Part shown: positions 25,351 through 29,378 of the stretch, one piece after another
Layout: each line of letters starts with the position of its first letter
Position numbering within the stretch: the first letter of the stretch is position 1
DNA from: an uncultured Candidatus Saccharibacteria bacterium
GTDB taxonomy: Bacteria > Patescibacteriota > Minisyncoccia > Phycocordibacterales > PALSA-1337
Assembly: GCA_964355845.1 (NCBI GenBank)
Contig: CAYHFF010000003.1
Coordinates: forward strand, 1 to 29,378
DNA: 29,378 nucleotides
Direction: 5' to 3'
Position numbers and translations under genes: made by a program
The notes under the pieces: generated by a model
The model's database searches: none
What the model was told of the DNA's origin: nothing
Seen by the model: only the letters and a program-made list of their open reading frames with translations

Positions 25351-26553
25351 CTATCTTATATACGCCTGTTTTTCAATACGCTCTACAAGAGCTGGGATTA
25401 CAGATTCAGATGTAGTTATGACAATTGTATTTTTATCTAGGAATGAGTAAATTATCAAAATTTCACCATTTTCAGTAATAAATTCTCTAATATCTCTATT
25501 TTTAATTATTTTATCTTCAAATTTACCTTTTATATTAAAATAATTTGAAATAGTTGATGTGCCATTTTGATTATTTCTATAAGCTTTATCTTTGTATGCA
25601 AATATATCTATAAACTCATCCGGCATTGTATCTTCCCATTTCAGCATTCCAGCGTATGCATTCTGAAAGAAATTATTGGTTAGAATAATAAAAGGAATGC
25701 TCTGACCATTATTTGAATACACACCCATCATCCAGTGATTGGTTATAGATCTTCGCAATGTATCGGTAATATCAAACTCTAATACTTTCAATACTTGTAA
25801 AGCATTGACTTTGACAGTTGTTGAAGCTGAAGTTTTTATTGTAGGTATTATTTCAATTATCTTTTCTGTGCCAGTATCAGATCTATTAAATTGACTTGAG
25901 AGAAAACTAGTAAATATTGATTTATTCTGAATAGATGATGAAACAATTCTCTGTTCATCAGGAGTGATGACACTAGGTATTTTATTTTCCTGTTTTACAA
26001 CTGTTTGCTTTACCAATGGACTCTTTAGATATAGATAATACCCACCAGCGAGGCCAGCTAAAATAAATATTAAACTAATTGAAATTTTCAGTACATTTTT
26101 TCCAGTATTTGTCTGGCTATTGTTACTTCTACTCTCATTTTCAGCACTTCTCATATTTTCGGCTATTACTATTTTAGCTACGGATGTTGTCTTTTTAGAA
26201 AGAGCATAAGCCATATCACTTTCATATGTTCGTATAGATCTCTGACCATTAAAATCACTTTTTAAATTTGTAGTTTTTGGAGTTTCTACTATCTCAGGAT
26301 TTTTAATAATATTTAATTTAACTTTATTTATATTCTCCTCAATACTCTCATCTCTAAGTGAGTCTATAATCGGTGTTTTACTAGGCAAGCTCTGACTCTC
26401 TGGAATTTCAATTTTTTCTATAGGATTATTTACTTCTACAACTTTTTCTTTCTGATCATTTAAAATATCAAAACTATTAGTATTTACGGTACTATCAGTT
26501 TTTTCATTTTTTAGTATAGAAGTAATTTTCGATTGTAGATTATCGCCATTCAT
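25351..26553 (-). CDS. Single-pass membrane protein with disordered N-terminus and extracellular C-domain, unknown function
   Basis: Low-complexity first ~110 aa, IRTYESDMAYAL motif, one TM (ISISLIFILAGLAGGYYLYL), globular C-terminus. Confidence 0.7.
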   Translation of the reverse strand: MNGDNLQSKITSILKNEKTDSTVNTNSFDILNDQKEKVVEVNNPIEKIEIPESQSLPSKTPIIDSLRDESIEENINKVKLNIIKNPEIVETPKTTNLKSDFNGQRSIRTYESDMAYALSKKTTSVAKIVIAENMRSAENESRSNNSQTNTGKNVLKISISLIFILAGLAGGYYLYLKSPLVKQTVVKQENKIPSVITPDEQRIVSSSIQNKSIFTSFLSSQFNRSDTGTEKIIEIIPTIKTSASTTVKVNALQVLKVLEFDITDTLRRSITNHWMMGVYSNNGQSIPFIILTNNFFQNAYAGMLKWEDTMPDEFIDIFAYKDKAYRNNQNGTSTISNYFNIKGKFEDKIIKNRDIREFITENGEILIIYSFLDKNTIVITTSESVIPALVERIEKQAYIR

Positions 26554-26602
26554 TTATACTAAGTATACAACTATATGTTTGGATTATGAAATTGGCATCT
26601 AT

Positions 26603-27433
26603 TTAATTTTCTAATACTTTTCGTTGCTCTTTCGACAAATAATTCCCACTATCGATCACCCCTTTCTTTGTCTGGCTTTCTATATCTTTTCTTGTCCTTC
26701 CAGCTACCCCTCCGCCATCCTTTGCATCTTTATGCAATTCTTTGAATTCTTGGGAATCCCTATCTTGAGTAAACTTGGTCGTTGTTGCTTCTCCAAGCAT
26801 AGTCAAAATCAATTCAATATCATTCATATGATCGCGAAGGTTATGCTCTTTATCAAGCGACTTATGTTTCTTATACCCATTGGCAGTCATGTCAAAAGTA
26901 CCCTTATAGATCTCATCAGTAAGAATGGCAAATTCTTGACCTTTCTTTACTCCTCTATTTTTCCATTCATCTGTGAGTGAATGACGGACATTGATACCTC
27001 GCATTCTCTTATCAATCCATTCCTTTGGATAACCTTTTCTTTCGTATGTTTCCTTTGCACGGTTTATAGCTAGTTCCGGATCTTGGATTTCTTCGAGTCT
27101 TTCAGTTCCAACTCTAGCGAGCCATAGCCTGATCGGTTCTGCCTTAGGAGATGGAATAGATTGGATTATTCTAAATATTCCTTCTAGATTTGACATATTC
27201 TCTTTGCGTTTTTTATCATCTTTCGACATCACTTCAAGTAGGGTACAAATTGTACCCCAGTTGATCGATAGTTCATTATCTCGTTCCCGCATTTTTTTTA
27301 TATATTGTTTAACATCATTAGAGTCTGTAAGTACGAAAACTACATCACTAATAGAAAAATACCATTTCTCATTATGCCAAACCTTTCTAATCTCCCTTCC
27401 CTCAAACAAAGCAATTTCTTTTATTTTTTCCAT
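26603..27433 (-). CDS. Bro-N domain (phage antirepressor-like) DNA-binding protein
   Basis: FEGREIRKVWHNEKWYFSISDVVFVLT, GIFRIIQSIPSPKAEPIRLWLA; C-terminal NLRDHMNDIELI region. Confidence 0.85.
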   Translation of the reverse strand: MEKIKEIALFEGREIRKVWHNEKWYFSISDVVFVLTDSNDVKQYIKKMRERDNELSINWGTICTLLEVMSKDDKKRKENMSNLEGIFRIIQSIPSPKAEPIRLWLARVGTERLEEIQDPELAINRAKETYERKGYPKEWIDKRMRGINVRHSLTDEWKNRGVKKGQEFAILTDEIYKGTFDMTANGYKKHKSLDKEHNLRDHMNDIELILTMLGEATTTKFTQDRDSQEFKELHKDAKDGGGVAGRTRKDIESQTKKGVIDSGNYLSKEQRKVLEN

Positions 27434-27608
27434 ATTTAAAAATAGATTAAACTAATAATTACCGATAGTTACTCACCGCCAACCAAGCTAACATAATAAA
27501 GTTGGGTACTTGTATATAATTAAATCACTTTGCAAGAAAAATACAATGGAATTTTATATGAATTTCATGTTAAGAAATAGAAAAACATATAGTGTAAAGG
27601 GTGGATAT

Positions 27609-27640
27609 AAAAAGTTGATAGTGAAGTGTCAACTATCAAC
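27609..27640 (-). terminator. Intrinsic terminator downstream of the NYN gene
   Basis: 9-bp stem GTTGATAGT/ACTATCAAC (27614-22 with 27632-40) followed by UUUUU on the minus strand, 8 nt after the stop codon. Confidence 0.8.
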
Positions 27641-27648
27641 CATTAATC

Positions 27649-28290
27649 CTATTCTTGCCCCGATAGATCCGCTATATCATCCGCTACAGTTCCCTGTGTT
27701 GCATCTTTTGGTCCACGCTTTTTAAAATTTCCTCGAGCACCTGATGCTATTTTTCCCATATTCTTTCCAGTAAATCCATTTCTATGACCTATGAGATATT
27801 TACTGACATTTTCATCGAGATCAAAAAAGTCATCTACAACTTCGCGTAATTTCGTTGATGTTGATTTACCAAATGAAACTACTTCTACCTGACAACCCTC
27901 ATTTACCTGTAAATATTCAACCAGTGGAGCAAAGTCTCCATCACCTGTAAGAAGTATCACTGAATCAAGTTTTGGCGCAAGTTTTACAGCATCTATTGCC
28001 ATTCCCACATCCCAATCTGCCTTTTTTGCACCACTACCAAAGATCTGAAGGTCTTTTGTCTTTGTCTCTATTCCCATTTTTGTAAGTGCCTCAAAAAAAG
28101 CTTTTTCATCCCCTGCTTCTGTTGTTATCACATAAGCAACAGCGCGTATGAGAGATCTCTCCCCTACCGCATCTTTTACTATTTGACCAAAATTTACTTT
28201 TGAATGGTATAGATTCTTTGCACTATGATAAATATTCTGTGTATCTATGAAAACTCCAACACGCTGTTCTTTATGTTTTATTACTGACAT
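27649..28290 (-). CDS. NYN domain (LabA/DUF88, PIN-like) ribonuclease
   Basis: VFIDTQNIY, KKADWDVGMAID, LLTGDGDFAPL, VEVVSFGKSTS.KL...DDFFDL; Gly/Lys/Arg-rich tail. Confidence 0.92.
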   Translation of the reverse strand: MSVIKHKEQRVGVFIDTQNIYHSAKNLYHSKVNFGQIVKDAVGERSLIRAVAYVITTEAGDEKAFFEALTKMGIETKTKDLQIFGSGAKKADWDVGMAIDAVKLAPKLDSVILLTGDGDFAPLVEYLQVNEGCQVEVVSFGKSTSTKLREVVDDFFDLDENVSKYLIGHRNGFTGKNMGKIASGARGNFKKRGPKDATQGTVADDIADLSGQE

Positions 28291-28414
28291 ATAAAATTAT
28301 TTACTTATTAACTTAAAATTATTAAAATTAAAAACCACATCACTTATGTTCATCAGACTAAATATTCATATTAAACACCATTACTTAAAACTTATTAAAA
28401 TATACTACGGATAG

Positions 28415-28423
28415 ATTATAGCA
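28415..28423 (-). promoter_or_regulatory. Extended -10 promoter for the NYN gene
   Basis: Perfect TGCTATAAT on minus, 11 nt past the rpsO stop; implies a ~118-nt AT-rich leader. Confidence 0.6.
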
Positions 28424-28434
28424 CATTTTAGAAA

Positions 28435-28704
28435 CTATTTTGCTTTGATTTCCAATTTCTTTGCAATACTTGCATGTCTCTTTGGGGATTTCTTTTTCAA
28501 ATAATTCATATGAGACTGTCTATTTGCAACCATAGCGAGAAGTCCACGTCGTGAATGATTATCTTTCTTATGCTTCTTCAAATGTCCTGCAAGTTCGTCA
28601 ATACGCTTTGTTAAAATTGAAATCTGAACCTCTGGAGAACCAGTGTCCTTATCATGAATTGCTACTGCTTTTATGATATTTGTTTTCTGTCTTGTTGTTA
28701 ACAT
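28435..28704 (-). CDS. rpsO: 30S ribosomal protein S15
   Basis: HDKDTGSPEVQISILTKRI..L..HLKKHKKDNHSRRGLL.MV..R. Confidence 0.98.
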   Translation of the reverse strand: MLTTRQKTNIIKAVAIHDKDTGSPEVQISILTKRIDELAGHLKKHKKDNHSRRGLLAMVANRQSHMNYLKKKSPKRHASIAKKLEIKAK

Positions 28705-28713
28705 GATTGAAAT

Positions 28714-28742
28714 ATATTAGCACGAATGGCTTAAATGTGCAA
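28714..28742 (-). promoter_or_regulatory. rpsO promoter
   Basis: TTGCAC -17 bp- TAATAT with TG extension, 9 nt before ATG. Confidence 0.7.
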
Positions 28743-28761
28743 ATTTTTCCCTGATTTGGGT

Positions 28762-28801
28762 AAAAATCAACCCCTGAGATCTCATACGAGATTCAGGGGT
28801 T
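28762..28801 (-). terminator. Strong hairpin, probable 3' terminator of the upstream structured RNA
   Basis: AACCCCTGA/TCAGGGGTT plus ATCTC/GAGAT (14 bp, one bulge) followed by GAUUUUU on minus; lies just upstream of the independent rpsO promoter. Confidence 0.55.
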
Positions 28802-29344
28802 ATATAGTCGCTAGAAGAATGGTTTCATTTAACCTTTCTGACGACTCATGCGTCGTCGCGCCTTATTTTTTCTATTGAGATCTTTTGTTCAACCAGTGAT
28901 CTGTTTAACTGGTTTTTATTGTTTTTGAGTGCGAGCCCAAACGCTTTTTGCTTAGATCTCTCTTTGCAAAGCTCTTTTGGGTGACTCGTCGGGGGTTCCT
29001 TTTTTTGTTACCTACCTAAGCTTAATTACTTAGGTTTATTTTTTCCAACAAACCTTGGGACGGGAGGGGCTAATAGACCCAGAATCTGCCGACTACGGCG
29101 TTAAAATAAAAGATTCTGAGTTTTGCCCGCGCCGGCGACCTAGGCGGTGGTGGAAAAAGAAAGATTTGGAACAATTACATTAAATGCTTGGAATGTGGGA
29201 ACGGCGGGAGGACTATTCATTTTTTCCTTATCTGCTCTCTTTTTGAGCGGTTTTTTTGTTTTAACCGAAGAAATGACCGAATGAAGCCAAAAAGCGTCCA
29301 AACAGGCACACAATTTCCTCAAAGAGATCTAGTTACCTTTGAAG
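28762..29344 (-). ncRNA. Unclassified large structured RNA candidate (~580 nt; 5' end may extend past the window)
   Basis: At least ten helices, two long-range; GC-rich stems with A-rich linkers on minus; no credible ORF; four helices need G-U pairs that work only on minus, two favour plus. Confidence 0.55.
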
Positions 29345-29378
29345 TAGGACAGTAGAATTAATGCATTAGCAAAAATTA

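Noticed and set aside
26596-27445. 8-bp inverted repeat ATCTATTT/AAATAGAT flanking the Bro-N gene
   Set aside because: Too short and AT-rich to exceed chance; no target duplication or transposase.
1694-27725. Many antisense or nested ORFs of 60-170 aa (e.g. 1694-2146, 10375-10881, 12697-13044, 24995-25321, 26624-26980, 27510-27725)
   Set aside because: Shadows of well-supported genes, with no recognisable motifs.
29140-29180. tmRNA or tRNA-like 3' end (UUCCACCA on minus)
   Set aside because: No T-arm stem with UUCRA loop before it, no matching GGGG 5' acceptor strand, and no tag reading frame.
29185-29210. 5S rRNA-like word CCGUUCCCA
   Set aside because: Flanking 5S helices and the GAAGUUAAG motif are missing.
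28801-29216. Group I intron core (GACUA and UAGUC P7-like words)
   Set aside because: The GACUA/UAGUC pairs that can be matched occur in the wrong order, and no interrupted host gene is evident.
28762-29312. Group II intron (GUGUG on minus, GUGCG on plus, terminal hairpins)
   Set aside because: No domain V with an AGC/CGC triad and GNRA loop, no bulged-A domain VI, and no RT gene in the window.
29140-29322. 60-aa minus-strand ORF in the structured region
   Set aside because: TTG start, no homology cue, and it runs through several helices; more simply explained as chance within an RNA.
28990-29330. RNase P RNA (GAGGAAA, GGUAAC and GGUAGG..GGAACC fragments; rnpA is nearby)
   Set aside because: The universal GAGGAAAGUCC and ACANAANNNNGCUUA elements forming P4 are absent on both strands. 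A highly divergent form can only be excluded with a covariance model.
1-29378. CRISPR array, tRNA or rRNA genes, alternative genetic code 25
   Set aside because: No regularly spaced repeats or cloverleafs seen; dnaA and pcrA end at TGA with normal lengths, consistent with code 11.

Overview
AT-rich bacterial chromosome segment read in genetic code 11 that spans the probable replication origin. Gene content suggests a Patescibacteria/CPR, Parcubacteria-like organism (inference). Order: class A PBP (+); dciA-like, dnaN, oriC, dnaA (-); rpmH (missing from the ORF track), rnpA, short yidC (+); a ~12 kb, 11-gene minus-strand cluster resembling a domesticated type IV secretion system (pilin, VirB4, split VirB4 N-domain, PrgI/VirB3, TrbL/VirB6-like, TrbJ/VirB5-like and unknown exported proteins) with no relaxase, coupling protein or integrase in the window; rsmA, pcrA (-); LysM-M23 peptidase with a structured leader (+); comM, dksA-like, unknown membrane protein, Bro-N protein, NYN nuclease, rpsO (-). 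The last ~600 nt are GC-richer, apparently non-coding and densely base-paired, with long-range helices and a kissing-loop candidate. I could not assign this region to any known RNA class, and it is the strongest novelty candidate. Thirteen start codons sit 6-8 nt downstream of a -10-like hexamer with no Shine-Dalgarno, suggesting widespread leaderless mRNAs. All assignments are by eye from motifs; no database searches or folding programs were run.
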